Positions 40,701 to 51,283 of a stretch of 64,000 bases of DNA are shown one piece after another. The notes below the pieces were generated by a model. The model saw only the letters and a list, made by a program, of their open reading frames with translations. It had not been told where the DNA came from and made no database searches. The stretch spans positions 1,504,001-1,568,000 of the forward strand of contig CBDAOB010000004.1 of the NCBI GenBank assembly GCA_965197905.1, written 5' to 3'. The position numbers and the translations under genes were made by a program. The DNA comes from Candidatus Latescibacterota bacterium (GTDB taxonomy: Bacteria > Latescibacterota > UBA2968 > UBA8231). Position 1 is the first letter of the stretch; every line of letters starts with the position of its first letter.

Positions 40701-41182
40701 AAGCGATGCGCGAGTTGAAAGGCGAAGAAGTCGTCGAAGAGATCGAGCCGGAGATCAAGATCGGGGTCAGCGCCTACATACCCGACGATTACATCCCCGA
40801 CGGCGACCAGAAGATGGAATTCTACCAGCGCCTGGCGAATGCGCGCAAAGTCGTCGAGCTATTGGGCATCCGCGAGGAGATGGAAGATCGATTTGGACGC
40901 CCTTCGATCCACGCCCAGGCGTTGCTGCACACGATGGAGATCAAGGTGATGGCTCGCCAACTCGGTTTAGCGGCCGTATACCTCGAGAAGTCATCCTTCA
41001 GGCTGTATTTTCCCGAAGGGCGCGAACCGGCTCCAGCCGCGATAGAACATCTGGTGCGGAAGAGCACGTCGCAGCTGGAGTTCAAGATGGGAGAACGACT
41101 GTGCATCGAAATCGATGTTGGGGGACGAGACCAACAGGAGCGTTTGGAAAAGGCGAGGAACGCCATACAGGAGTTGCTGTGA
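37793..41182 (+). CDS. mfd: Transcription-repair coupling factor
   Basis: UvrB-homology region (RGGILDIYP), RID (VVHVDYGIG), GDVGYGKTE, DEEQRFGV, TATPIPRT, QIRGRVGRS and TRCF domain. Confidence 0.97.
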   Translation: MDSTGSLDEIARKTAQTSSFKEVVSRLNCGAKQVLLQGLPDTLFSFLLTHVQRSTRKQMLVVASDEDTAERWRDDLQAIAGEDIVKYFPAWDIDLFESRSPDPEISELRIVAATSLLDREPTIVVAPIEALVTPLIPAHALDLGTVRLRVGAEHSLEDLTSHLADCGFERVSMIDAIGQYSVRGGILDIYPFGADNPFRLEFFGDEIESIRTFDVATQRSVSSCREALIPPAREVLLISPLFEDYLERIDAARVNAGGELNNLRDQLELGASLEGIESYMSVLYDLGNGLFDYLAEPLVFAPEGEELNSAVEQVLEKARKEHKRRSFEHPFDAYLPPASWIPQQLGRFQALRWGGGDDAVRFGAENPRAVEGELGLLRHEIDRLHEDEYAIHIRCETQAQNSRLQELFADWSDHISYGLGTLQRGFVFPEAKLALLNDHEIFSRQKRRYRYRKFKAATPLSTFKALQRGDFVVHVDYGIGRFAGIKRLSIGGIVHDCLQVSYQSSDKLFVPVEQLDRLRKYSGAEADPPLLSKLGGTAWEKLKERTREEIFKMAAELAQLYAERQARSGFRFSADGPMQRELEASFPFQETPDQLRTMEEVSSDMESGSPMDRLVCGDVGYGKTEVAIRAAFKAVCDGKQVAILVPTTILAEQHFQTFTERMGHVPAKVEVMSRFRTAKEQKEIVAKVKSGNVDILIGTHRILSKDIAFRDLGLLVVDEEQRFGVRHKERLKQMKRLVDVLTLTATPIPRTLHMSLMGSRDMSVINTPPQDRLPIHTEIISFDENRIAAAILREVERQGQVYFVHNRVQSIYRLQDFLAELVPQVRFAVAHGQMPPRQLEKIMFDFLERKYDCLVCTMIIESGIDIPSVNTILVNRSDALGLSQLYQIRGRVGRSKERAFAYLLVPKGKKLTKESRMRLRAIEEFADLGSGFNIAMRDMEIRGAGNLLGAQQHGFIAAVGFDLYCRLLEEAMRELKGEEVVEEIEPEIKIGVSAYIPDDYIPDGDQKMEFYQRLANARKVVELLGIREEMEDRFGRPSIHAQALLHTMEIKVMARQLGLAAVYLEKSSFRLYFPEGREPAPAAIEHLVRKSTSQLEFKMGERLCIEIDVGGRDQQERLEKARNAIQELL

Positions 41183-42018
41183 ATCGACGCCCGATCATCT
41201 CCGTCGCCTGTTGCGGCGTGCTGGCGGCAATGATGTTTCAAGGTTGTGGAGAATCGTCCTCACCGGACCCGTTGGTAGCCCATGTTGGCGAGGTTTCGTT
41301 GACTCAGGCGGCGCTGAACGATCGTGTTCCGGGGGGCGCCGATGCGGAGACGGCGGCCCTGCGCCAGCGCGAGTTTGTGGAGAGCTGGGTGCGGCAGGAG
41401 CTGCTCTACCAAGAAGCATTGTCGCGGCAGTTGGACGAAAATGCGCGCATCCTGGATTTGATCGAGCAGACGCGGAGGGACCTCCTGGTAGCCGCGTTGC
41501 TGGAACGGGAATTCGGCGGCCGTAGCGTCGACCTCCCTGAAGAACATATCCAGGCCTACTACGACAGTCACCAGGAAAGTTTCCTGCGCAATGCCGCCGA
41601 GATCAGGGCGCGTCACATCCTGCTGGCAAGCCAGAGAGATGCCAATGCCCATCGCCAGGTCATTCTGCAAGATGGGGGTGCCTTCGAAAAAGTGACGCGG
41701 GAGCATTCCCTCGACGAAGACACCAATCAGCTGGGCGGCGACCTAGGGTATTTCACTCAGGATCGCAATCCCATTCTATGGGAAGCGTGCCGCAATCTCG
41801 GACTCAACCGGCTGTCCAAACCGCAACGCACGTCCTACGGCTACCATCTCATTCAGGTACTCGACAGACAGGATTCGGGAACCGTGAAGAAACTCGAACA
41901 GGTACGCGATCAGATTGTTGCCACCGTCGTCCGTGAGCGCCAGCGAAGTCGGGTCGAGGCACTGATCGAGCGCTTGAAATCAGAACGGAAATGGGCGGTA
42001 TATGCGGAGGCGTTGTAG
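41179..42018 (+). CDS. Lipoprotein parvulin-type (PpiC/PrsA-like) peptidyl-prolyl isomerase
   Basis: Lipobox FQGC, RARHIL, GGDLGYF and SYGYHLI. GTGA overlap with mfd. Confidence 0.88.
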   Translation: MNRRPIISVACCGVLAAMMFQGCGESSSPDPLVAHVGEVSLTQAALNDRVPGGADAETAALRQREFVESWVRQELLYQEALSRQLDENARILDLIEQTRRDLLVAALLEREFGGRSVDLPEEHIQAYYDSHQESFLRNAAEIRARHILLASQRDANAHRQVILQDGGAFEKVTREHSLDEDTNQLGGDLGYFTQDRNPILWEACRNLGLNRLSKPQRTSYGYHLIQVLDRQDSGTVKKLEQVRDQIVATVVRERQRSRVEALIERLKSERKWAVYAEAL

Positions 42019-42025
42019 AATCCCG

Positions 42026-43306
42026 ATGTCGAAATTCTCGAGCCTGTTCGTTTTTTCTGTTTTGACTATGGGCGCCGCAATCGAGGCCTTCGCCCGTCCC
42101 GAGCTGTTGGACCGCATCGTTGCAGTCGTTGACGACGAGATCATTCTCTGGTCCGAGCTCAACTTCAGACTGCGAATTACCGCCGAACAGGAAGGCCTCA
42201 GCACGTTCGGTGAATCGGAGCGTTTGACCGCCCTGCGCGAAGAAATTCTCGAGTCGATGATCGACGAGCAGGTCCTGCTGCTGAAAGCGGAGAGGGATAG
42301 TATCGCGGTCGACGAGAGCAAAGTAGATGAGATCCTGCGCGAGCAGTACGGCGCCATCAAGCGGGATTTGGGGAGCGAGGGGTTCAAGACCATGTTGGAC
42401 CGCGCCGGTCTCAGCGAGCGCCAGCTGCGCTCACGTTATCGCAAGGAGATCCGCCACAGCCTGTTGTATCAGGAAATGCTTCGCCACCTGGCCTTCAGGC
42501 TGCACATCACACACAAGGAAATCAAGGCGTTTCGCGCGCACCATGCCCATTCCCTGCCCGAGCGACTCTCCTTCAGCCGGATAAAAGTAAATCTCAAGCC
42601 GGATTCCACGGCGTTGGAGTCGCAGCTGGGCACGCTGGCTACGATCAAAAGGAAGCTGGCCGAGGGAGAAAGCTTCGCATCCCTGGCGCGGCAGTACTCC
42701 GAGGATCCCGGCACCGCCAGCGAAGGCGGAAATTTGGGATGCTTCGGCACCGGACAACTGGTTCCGCCATTCGAGGAGGCGGCGTTTGAGTTGAAACCCG
42801 GAGAAACCAGTGAACCTGTTCTCACCCGGTACGGCTATCATGTCATACAGCTACACGAGAAGCGGGAAGATGCGTTGTGCGCTAGCCACATTTTGCTGCG
42901 TTCATCCATCACCGACCAAGATCGAAAGCGCGCCACAGAACAGCTGCTGACGCTCAGGCAGAGAGCCTCCACCGGTGAGGACTTTGCCCAGTTGGCGCGC
43001 GAACATTCCGAGGAGCCGCAGACCGCCATGCGAGGAGGATTCTGGGAGGTGGTACCCCGGGATCAGCTACCGCCGTTCCTGGCCCCCTATGTGAAGAATC
43101 TGAACCTCGGTGATATCAGCGAACCGTTCTTTCTCGAGGAGGGCGGGTTCATCGTAAAAATAAACGATGATCAGTCCACCCTCGAGTCGTTGATTCGCGA
43201 GGACCGACTTAGCGATAGCATGCGCCAAACCATCGACGAGTTCAAAACCAAGATTCACGTCGACAAACGCCTGAATGAGAGCGCGGCGGGCAATGGCGCG
43301 TCTTGA
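42026..43306 (+). CDS. surA: SurA-like periplasmic chaperone/PPIase
   Basis: DRIVAVVDDEII N-domain and two parvulin domains (FASLARQYSEDP, FEEAAF, YGYHVI, ASHIL). Confidence 0.85.
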   Translation: MSKFSSLFVFSVLTMGAAIEAFARPELLDRIVAVVDDEIILWSELNFRLRITAEQEGLSTFGESERLTALREEILESMIDEQVLLLKAERDSIAVDESKVDEILREQYGAIKRDLGSEGFKTMLDRAGLSERQLRSRYRKEIRHSLLYQEMLRHLAFRLHITHKEIKAFRAHHAHSLPERLSFSRIKVNLKPDSTALESQLGTLATIKRKLAEGESFASLARQYSEDPGTASEGGNLGCFGTGQLVPPFEEAAFELKPGETSEPVLTRYGYHVIQLHEKREDALCASHILLRSSITDQDRKRATEQLLTLRQRASTGEDFAQLAREHSEEPQTAMRGGFWEVVPRDQLPPFLAPYVKNLNLGDISEPFFLEEGGFIVKINDDQSTLESLIREDRLSDSMRQTIDEFKTKIHVDKRLNESAAGNGAS

Positions 43307-43577
43307 CACCTATTTGAAGAATACGGGACTCATCAAGCAGCGCGGTGAGGCGAAACGCGCCTGTAGCAACGGGCAGGTGCAGGTGAACGGCACCCTGGCA
43401 AAACCGGGCCGGGAGGTCCGCGTCGGCGAAGTCATCACCCTGGAAACCGACACCGCTTTCGTCGAGGCGGAGGTCCTGGGTATTCCACAGCGACCCGCAC
43501 CCAAGTCCCAGAGAGAAACCTTCTACCGGATACTTCGACGGGAGGCCCGAGACCCATTGGACGATCTCAGTTTCTAG
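43293..43577 (+). CDS. S4-domain RNA-binding protein (Hsp15/RqcP-like)
   Basis: RLD.YLK...LIK.R..AK.AC..G.V.VNG..AKP. Confidence 0.9.
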   Translation: MARLDTYLKNTGLIKQRGEAKRACSNGQVQVNGTLAKPGREVRVGEVITLETDTAFVEAEVLGIPQRPAPKSQRETFYRILRREARDPLDDLSF

Positions 43578-43587
43578 ACGGATTCGT

Positions 43588-44352
43588 TTGTCGACACAAA
43601 CGGTTACGCAACCGCCGTACCAGGTACTGGCCGAGATCTACGATCATGTGATGACCCACGTGGACTACCCACGATGGGCTCACTACGTCCATGACCTGAT
43701 CCAACACGACGCGGCCGACACCCGCGCGGTCGTCGATCTGGCGTGTGGAACCGGCAGCTTGACCCTGGAGCTGGACGAGCTGGGATACGAGATGACGGGG
43801 GCCGACCTTTCGGAAGCGATGCTCAATGTGGGCAAGAAGAAGGCGGGGGCGGCTGGCAAAACGATACCGTTTTTGCATCGCGATCTGCGACGACTCAACA
43901 ATATGGGACCCTTTGATGCTGCCATTTGCATGTACGATAGCATTAACTATATAATGGACGCCGCGGGTATCGAGCGCGGTCTACGCAACATCTACGACAT
44001 ACTGCACCCGGAAGGTCTGTTCATTTTCGACGTCTGTACGGAACAGAACTCCTTGCGCTATTTCAGCGATTTGCGGGATGCCGGTCAGGGACCGGGGTAC
44101 ACCTACGATCGCACCAGCAGTTATGACCGTGAGAACCGGCTGCAGTTTAATAATTTTGCCATCCGGTTCTCGGGCGGTGACGTGGTTTGGAAGGAATCGC
44201 ACACCCAGCGAATCTACCGGTTGGACGAAATCGAATCACAGATTCAGTCGAGTGCCTTCGACTTGCTCGATGTCTATTCAGGTTTCACTTTTAACAAAGG
44301 TTCAGAACAGTCGGATCGCGTTCACTTCGTTCTGCGCCGCCCTGCGCGCTGA
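43588..44352 (+). CDS. Class I SAM-dependent methyltransferase
   Basis: YD, DLACGTG, GADLSEAML, DSINY and GLFIFD. Confidence 0.9.
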   Translation: MSTQTVTQPPYQVLAEIYDHVMTHVDYPRWAHYVHDLIQHDAADTRAVVDLACGTGSLTLELDELGYEMTGADLSEAMLNVGKKKAGAAGKTIPFLHRDLRRLNNMGPFDAAICMYDSINYIMDAAGIERGLRNIYDILHPEGLFIFDVCTEQNSLRYFSDLRDAGQGPGYTYDRTSSYDRENRLQFNNFAIRFSGGDVVWKESHTQRIYRLDEIESQIQSSAFDLLDVYSGFTFNKGSEQSDRVHFVLRRPAR

Positions 44353-44393
44353 GCGCCGCAGGGGCTATTGCAGTTCTCGAGGAGACGTCTCAA

Positions 44394-45350
44394 TTGAATC
44401 TGCCAGAGCTTGAGGCTGCCAGAAATTTCGTCGAAGAAGGCGACAACTTCCTTCTCACATCCCACATCAACAGCGATTGGGACGGACTAGGTGGTTGCAT
44501 CGCGCTCAAGCTTCTGCTCGAGAAGATGGGCAAGAATTCTAAAATCGTGCTGCACGATCTGCCAAACGAGTTCTACCGATTTCTGGACGGCTGGGAGCAT
44601 GTCACGAAGGTGCCCGAAGGCCATGTGGAACCCGCACCCTACGCGGTAGTGCTCGATTCGCCCAACCTGTCTCGCATCGGAGATGTGGCGCGTTGCATCG
44701 GCGAAAACACGCAGATTCTGAACATCGATCACCACAAAGACACAGACCCCTTTGGCACCGTCAACCTCGTATCTACCGATGTGAGCTCGGCGTCCGAATT
44801 CGTTTTTCACCTGGCCATGAAATGCGAGAGGGAGATCGACCCCACCATGGCGGCGCAACTCTACACCGGTATCCTGTTCGATACGGGCGGATTTCGCTAC
44901 TCGCTGACGACACCAGAGACCTTTGAGGTAGCCGCGGCGCTGGTGCGAAAAGGGGCCGAGCTGGACTACATTGCCGACCAGCTGTTCAACAACAAGACCT
45001 TCGACTCCGTCAAACTCATTGGTAAGGCGGTGCAATCGATGGAGCTGCACTTCGACAATCGCGCTGCCGTGTTGGATCTGGCATACGGAGATCTCGGCAG
45101 CGGCGATCCGGAGGATATCGTCAACTACGGCTTGCTGGTGCGGGGGGTGCAGGTAGCCCTGCTGTTGCGCGAGGAAGAGCGCGGCAAATACAGGGTCAGC
45201 CTGCGCTCGCGCGACGAGGTGGACGTTCGGGCTATCGCTTCCCAGTTCGACGGCGGCGGGCACACCAAAGCTTCCGGATGCCGCGTCGAGGGCGATCTGA
45301 CAACGGTCAAAGACAAGCTGCTCGAAGCTGTAAAAGCGGCGCTGCCCTGA
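44394..45350 (+). CDS. nrnA: DHH/DHHA1 phosphoesterase (NrnA-like oligoribonuclease/pAp phosphatase)
   Basis: H..SDWD, IDHH, DTGGF, SLRS and GGGHTKASG. Confidence 0.85.
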   Translation: MNLPELEAARNFVEEGDNFLLTSHINSDWDGLGGCIALKLLLEKMGKNSKIVLHDLPNEFYRFLDGWEHVTKVPEGHVEPAPYAVVLDSPNLSRIGDVARCIGENTQILNIDHHKDTDPFGTVNLVSTDVSSASEFVFHLAMKCEREIDPTMAAQLYTGILFDTGGFRYSLTTPETFEVAAALVRKGAELDYIADQLFNNKTFDSVKLIGKAVQSMELHFDNRAAVLDLAYGDLGSGDPEDIVNYGLLVRGVQVALLLREEERGKYRVSLRSRDEVDVRAIASQFDGGGHTKASGCRVEGDLTTVKDKLLEAVKAALP

Positions 45351-45363
45351 GTGGAGACGGTTC

Positions 45364-46290
45364 TTGCATCTGGTGACCCTGAAAGACTGGACCTCCGAAG
45401 AGGTGGCGCAGGTCCTCGAAGTGGCGCTGTCGGTAAAACGCAGCCCGGGCGACTTCGCCCAAGCCTTGCGCGGGCAAACCTTGGCGCTGCTCTTTCAGAA
45501 GACATCGACCCGAACCCGCTGCTCCGGTGAGGTGGGCGTCACCCAGATGGGCGGTCATGCCATCTACTTGGACTGGCGTGCGACCAATTTTGGGCTGGCC
45601 GACCTGGGAGACGAAATCCGCGTTCTTTCGGGATACGCCGATCAGGTCCTGGTGCGATTTCTTCAACACGCCGACGTTGTGCGCGCGGCCGAGGTCTCCA
45701 CCGCGCCGGTGATGAACGGGTGTTGCGACCGCTACCATCCGCTGCAAGCGCTGGCCGACCTGATGACCATTCAGGAACTGTTTGGACACCTCGATGGGGT
45801 GCGCCTGACCTATGTCGGTGTCCTGAACAACGTGTGCAACTCGTTGATCGCGGCAGCGCTGAAAACGGGGCTTCGGGTGTGTGTGGTAGCCCCTGAAAGC
45901 AATCCCGCCGCCGTCGATGCGGAGCTATACGAAGCGGCGGAGCAGGGTGGACTCTACCACCGCGAAGACGATTTTGCGCTGGCCTTGCGAAGTTCCGACA
46001 TAGTCTACACCGACACTTGGATCGACATGGAGTACTTTACCGACCCCACCTTCGCCGCCGAGAAGGAACGCCGCAGCAAGCTGTTCGAACCGTACCGGGT
46101 TACGCGCCAAGTTCTGCAGGGGCTCGACCTGCGGATCATGCACTGCCTACCGGCGCATCGGGGATACGAAATCGAAGGAGAGTTGTTGGATGATCCCCGG
46201 TCGGTAGTGTTTCAGCAAGCCGAGAATCGTCTGCACAGTCAGAAAGCGGTCATGCTCAAGTTGGCCGAAAAACGGGCGCCGCCATCTTGA
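45364..46290 (+). CDS. argF: Ornithine carbamoyltransferase-like transcarbamylase
   Basis: STRTR, HPLQALAD, HCLPAHRG.EI and QAENR. The SMG loop reads DME. Confidence 0.8.
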   Translation: MHLVTLKDWTSEEVAQVLEVALSVKRSPGDFAQALRGQTLALLFQKTSTRTRCSGEVGVTQMGGHAIYLDWRATNFGLADLGDEIRVLSGYADQVLVRFLQHADVVRAAEVSTAPVMNGCCDRYHPLQALADLMTIQELFGHLDGVRLTYVGVLNNVCNSLIAAALKTGLRVCVVAPESNPAAVDAELYEAAEQGGLYHREDDFALALRSSDIVYTDTWIDMEYFTDPTFAAEKERRSKLFEPYRVTRQVLQGLDLRIMHCLPAHRGYEIEGELLDDPRSVVFQQAENRLHSQKAVMLKLAEKRAPPS

Positions 46291-47057
46291 ACATGCCCCG
46301 CTGGTTTCTTGCCCTGGCAGCCGTCGTGTTGTTCGCGCACAGCCTCGAATCCGAGGTTGCGGTCGAGGCGGGCAGCGCCGACACAGCGGATACCGAGATG
46401 GCCATCGCGCCGCGCTTTGTTCCCTCGAAATACCGCATCGTGCGAGTCCAGATGCTGCCGGCTCCGATGGATGCCCAGAGCGCCACCAGTCGCGGGCGCT
46501 TCCTCGTCAACTTCGGCAGCCGCGATGGCGTGCAAAAGGGCAGCATCTTTCAAGTCCATAACCTCAGGGAACTTATCGCTTTGGTGCGCGTACATCAGGT
46601 ATGGCGCGACAGCGCCGCCGTACAGCTGGTCAACCTGATCCGGAAACCGGAGCCGAATAACCCTCGCCCGCTGAAAAAAGGGTACCATCTGGAACCCAAG
46701 TTCGTGCTGCTCGAGACGGTTTTCTTCGAGCAGGGCAAACCGGTGTTTTCACCCGAGATGCACGAACAGCTGCATTATGCTTCGCGGTTTATTCGTTCCT
46801 ACCCCGATTTCCCACTGGTGCTGGAAGGGCACACCGACGATCGCGGACCGAAAACGGACAACGCCAAACTCTCGGTACAGCGGGCGGCCACGGTGATGAC
46901 CTATTTGAAGGAAGTGCACCATATTCCGGCGGCGCAGATGCAACTGCGGGGGTTGGGTGAAGCCCACCCTATAGCCACCAATTCCACCGAAGAAGGCCGC
47001 CAGATAAACCGCAGGGTCGATATTATCCTGATGGAAAAAACGGTCGAGGGTAGCTAG
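46287..47057 (+). CDS. OmpA-family peptidoglycan-binding protein with small N-terminal beta domain
   Basis: Signal peptide, EGHTDDRG...N..LS..RA, G.GE..P and NRRV. Confidence 0.88.
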   Translation: MNMPRWFLALAAVVLFAHSLESEVAVEAGSADTADTEMAIAPRFVPSKYRIVRVQMLPAPMDAQSATSRGRFLVNFGSRDGVQKGSIFQVHNLRELIALVRVHQVWRDSAAVQLVNLIRKPEPNNPRPLKKGYHLEPKFVLLETVFFEQGKPVFSPEMHEQLHYASRFIRSYPDFPLVLEGHTDDRGPKTDNAKLSVQRAATVMTYLKEVHHIPAAQMQLRGLGEAHPIATNSTEEGRQINRRVDIILMEKTVEGS

Positions 47058-47070
47058 GGACTACGAGCGA

Positions 47071-47553
47071 TCAGCGATCGGGGCTCCGAACGTAGCTGCC
47101 GCTGGTCCCTCCCTGCTTCTCAACCAGACGCAGGTTCGAGATCACCATGCCTCGATCCACCGCCTTGCACATATCGTAGATAGTCAGCAGGGCCACGGCT
47201 GCAGCCGTGAGCGCCTCCATTTCGACGCCGGTGCGGTCTTCTATGCGGGCTTCCGCTTCGACCACTACCCGGTCTTTTCCCAGCTCGAACGTCACATCCA
47301 CTGCCGTCACGTTCAACGGATGGCACAGCGGGATCAGATCTCCGGTGCGTTTCGCCGCCATGATAGCCGCCAGACGCGCGGCTTCCAACACGTTTCCCTT
47401 GGTGATCTTGTTCTCGGTGATCAGGAGGGCGGTTTCGGGACGCATGTTGATTTCGCCGCACACGCGGGCGGAACGACGACTCACACTTTTGTCCCCCACG
47501 TCCACCATGCGCAGGCGGCCGTCCGCGTCCACATGGGTCAATTCGTCGGGCAT
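47071..47553 (-). CDS. moaC: Cyclic pyranopterin monophosphate synthase
   Basis: LTHVD..G...MVDV, LIPLCHP, TGVEMEAL and YDMCKAVD. Confidence 0.96.
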   Translation of the reverse strand: MPDELTHVDADGRLRMVDVGDKSVSRRSARVCGEINMRPETALLITENKITKGNVLEAARLAAIMAAKRTGDLIPLCHPLNVTAVDVTFELGKDRVVVEAEARIEDRTGVEMEALTAAAVALLTIYDMCKAVDRGMVISNLRLVEKQGGTSGSYVRSPDR

Positions 47554-48806
47554 CACATGTTGTCGACGATCGCGTCCGCGAACTCCGAACACTTGACTTC
47601 CCGGGCACCTTGCATCAAGCGAGCGAAGTCGTAGGTAACGACCTTTGCCGCAATCGTGCGTTCGAGGCCGGCGACGATCAAGTCGGCCGCTTCCGTCCAA
47701 CCGAGATGGCGCAGCATCATATCGCCCGAGAGGATCAACGAGCCCGGATTGACCTTGTCCTGGCCGGTGTATTTGGGCGCGGTCCCGTGGGTGGCTTCAA
47801 AGATTGCGTGTCCTGTTTCATAGTTGATGTTGCCGCCGGGGGCGATGCCGATGCCCCCGACACACGCAGCCAGAGCGTCGCTGACGTAGTCGCCGTTGAG
47901 GTTCAACGTAGCAATGACGGAATACTCCGCCGGTCGGGTCAAAATCTGCTGCAGGAAGGCGTCGGCGATCACATCCTTGACCACCAGCGACTGCCCGTTG
48001 GCGGTCACTTGGGTCCAAGGTCCGCCGTCGATCTCCGCGCCCCCGAAGCGTTCTTTCGCCACCCTATATCCCCAATCGCGGAAACCGCCCTCGGTGAACT
48101 TCATGATGTTGCCTTTGTGAACCAGGGTTACGCTGTCCCGTTTCTGGGCGATTGCGTAGTCGATGGCCGCCTTGACGAGTCGGCCAGTGCCTTCCGCCGA
48201 TACTGGTTTGATGCCGAACCCGGCAGTGTCAGGGAAGCGAACCTTGGCGTAGTGATCTGGAAAATGTTCGGCCAGCAGGGACTTGAACGTGGCGTTGTCC
48301 TCGCTTCCTTGCTCAAACTCGATGCCGGCGTAAATGTCCTCGGTATTCTCCCGAAAAATCACCATGTCGACCAATTCGGGCCGGGTAACCGGTGACGGCA
48401 CACCCTGGAAATAGCGGACTGGTCGCAGGCAGACGTAAAGATCGAGCACCTGCCTCAGCGCCACATTGAGGCTGCGGATGCCACCGCCGACGGGGGTCGT
48501 AAGCGGCCCTTTGATCCCCACCAGATACTCGCGAAACGCATCGACGGTTGCATCGGGAAGCCAGTTCTCGAGAGCGTCGAATGCCTTGCCTCCGGCCAGC
48601 ACCTCCGTCCAGGCGATACTGCGGCCGCCCCCGTAGGCTTTGGACACCGCGGCATCGAAAACTCGGGAAGCCGCCGCCCAGATGTCGGGTCCGGTGCCGT
48701 CACCCTCGATAAATGGAATAATCGGCCGGTCGGGGACCTTGAGCCCGTCGTTCTTCAGTTCGATTTTCTGGCCATCTTTGGGGACGGCCGGTCGCCACTC
48801 ACTCAT
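47553..48806 (-). CDS. icd: NADP-dependent isocitrate dehydrogenase
   Basis: [40 protein letters not shown] and [10 protein letters not shown]. Confidence 0.96.
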   Translation of the reverse strand: MSEWRPAVPKDGQKIELKNDGLKVPDRPIIPFIEGDGTGPDIWAAASRVFDAAVSKAYGGGRSIAWTEVLAGGKAFDALENWLPDATVDAFREYLVGIKGPLTTPVGGGIRSLNVALRQVLDLYVCLRPVRYFQGVPSPVTRPELVDMVIFRENTEDIYAGIEFEQGSEDNATFKSLLAEHFPDHYAKVRFPDTAGFGIKPVSAEGTGRLVKAAIDYAIAQKRDSVTLVHKGNIMKFTEGGFRDWGYRVAKERFGGAEIDGGPWTQVTANGQSLVVKDVIADAFLQQILTRPAEYSVIATLNLNGDYVSDALAACVGGIGIAPGGNINYETGHAIFEATHGTAPKYTGQDKVNPGSLILSGDMMLRHLGWTEAADLIVAGLERTIAAKVVTYDFARLMQGAREVKCSEFADAIVDNM

Positions 48807-49024
48807 ACATTCTCCTGAAAATGCCCGATTCCGGTGTCCCTTCAGGCTCCAAAAAGCGAAAGCAACAGACCTCTAACTCATTGTCGAACAAAGATTTTAA
48901 AGTAATCATAAGCCGGTTCTGCAGCAAGACTTCGGGGCCTCGCCGCGGCCTCAATACACTCGCCGCTAGCGGCAAATTCCCGGCTGGGATTGCAACCCGG
49001 ACTGACGCCAGAATGGGCGCACTC

Positions 49025-49053
49025 TTGCGCCCCCAGAAGCTTCAAGCTATATT
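49025..49053 (+). promoter_or_regulatory. Putative sigma70 promoter for groEL
   Basis: TTGCGC-N17-TATATT just upstream of the CIRCE element. Confidence 0.55.
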
Positions 49054-49073
49054 AGCAAACTCGATTAGAAATT

Positions 49074-49100
49074 TTAGCACTCTCGGCAGGAGAGTGCTAA
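49074..49100 (+). promoter_or_regulatory. CIRCE element (HrcA operator)
   Basis: Perfect consensus TTAGCACTC-N9-GAGTGCTAA. Confidence 0.97.
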
Positions 49101-50831
<1,731 letters not shown>

Positions 50832-50852
50832 AATCAGTCGCCAGACTACAGC

Positions 50853-50892
50853 AAAGCGGCTCTCTGACATGGCAGGGGGCCGCTTTTATTTG
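50853..50892 (+). terminator. Intrinsic terminator after groEL (possibly bidirectional)
   Basis: AAAGCGGCTCTCTG-loop-CAGGGGGCCGCTTT followed by TATTT. Confidence 0.85.
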
Positions 50893-50938
50893 TTGGGACG
50901 ATGGATGCGAGTGGTACTGTTGGGTGGGACCGGACGGC

Positions 50939-51274
50939 CTACTCCTCGGTCGCGGCTTCCTGAAAAACGGCGCCCTCTTCGATGACCAGGCGAGGGGTCT
51001 CCAGCTTACCGCAAAACTGAGATCTGGGACCGATGGAAACTTCCTTGGTCGCTCTCAGCATGCCCGCAACGCGCCCGTCGATGATGGCTTCCTCGACCTC
51101 TATGACATCGGCCTGAACCTCCCCTTCCAAACCCACCACTAAAGCCCGCTCGATAGCCAGACGATCGCCACGGAGCACTCCATCGACCCAGACATTGTGT
51201 TTGATATCCAGAGTACCGCTCAGTACAGAGCCGCGGCCGATTACCGTATCGCGCGAGTCGCGTTGGGGTCGCAT
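50939..51274 (-). CDS. Bactofilin (polymer-forming cytoskeletal protein)
   Basis: TVIG.G....G.L......VDG...G, IIDG.V.G and L.IEEGAVF beta-helix pattern. Confidence 0.9.
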   Translation of the reverse strand: MRPQRDSRDTVIGRGSVLSGTLDIKHNVWVDGVLRGDRLAIERALVVGLEGEVQADVIEVEEAIIDGRVAGMLRATKEVSIGPRSQFCGKLETPRLVIEEGAVFQEAATEE

Positions 51275-51283
51275 GGATCACTC

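Noticed and set aside
40684..41178. N-terminal extension of the 444-aa ORF overlapping mfd
   Set aside because: Off-frame shadow of mfd. The lipoprotein signal begins at GTG 41179.
48870..48900. IHF-like CAA-N4-TTR words in several intergenic regions (also near 5450 and 37735)
   Set aside because: Only partial matches to WATCAANNNNTTR; not supportable without statistics.
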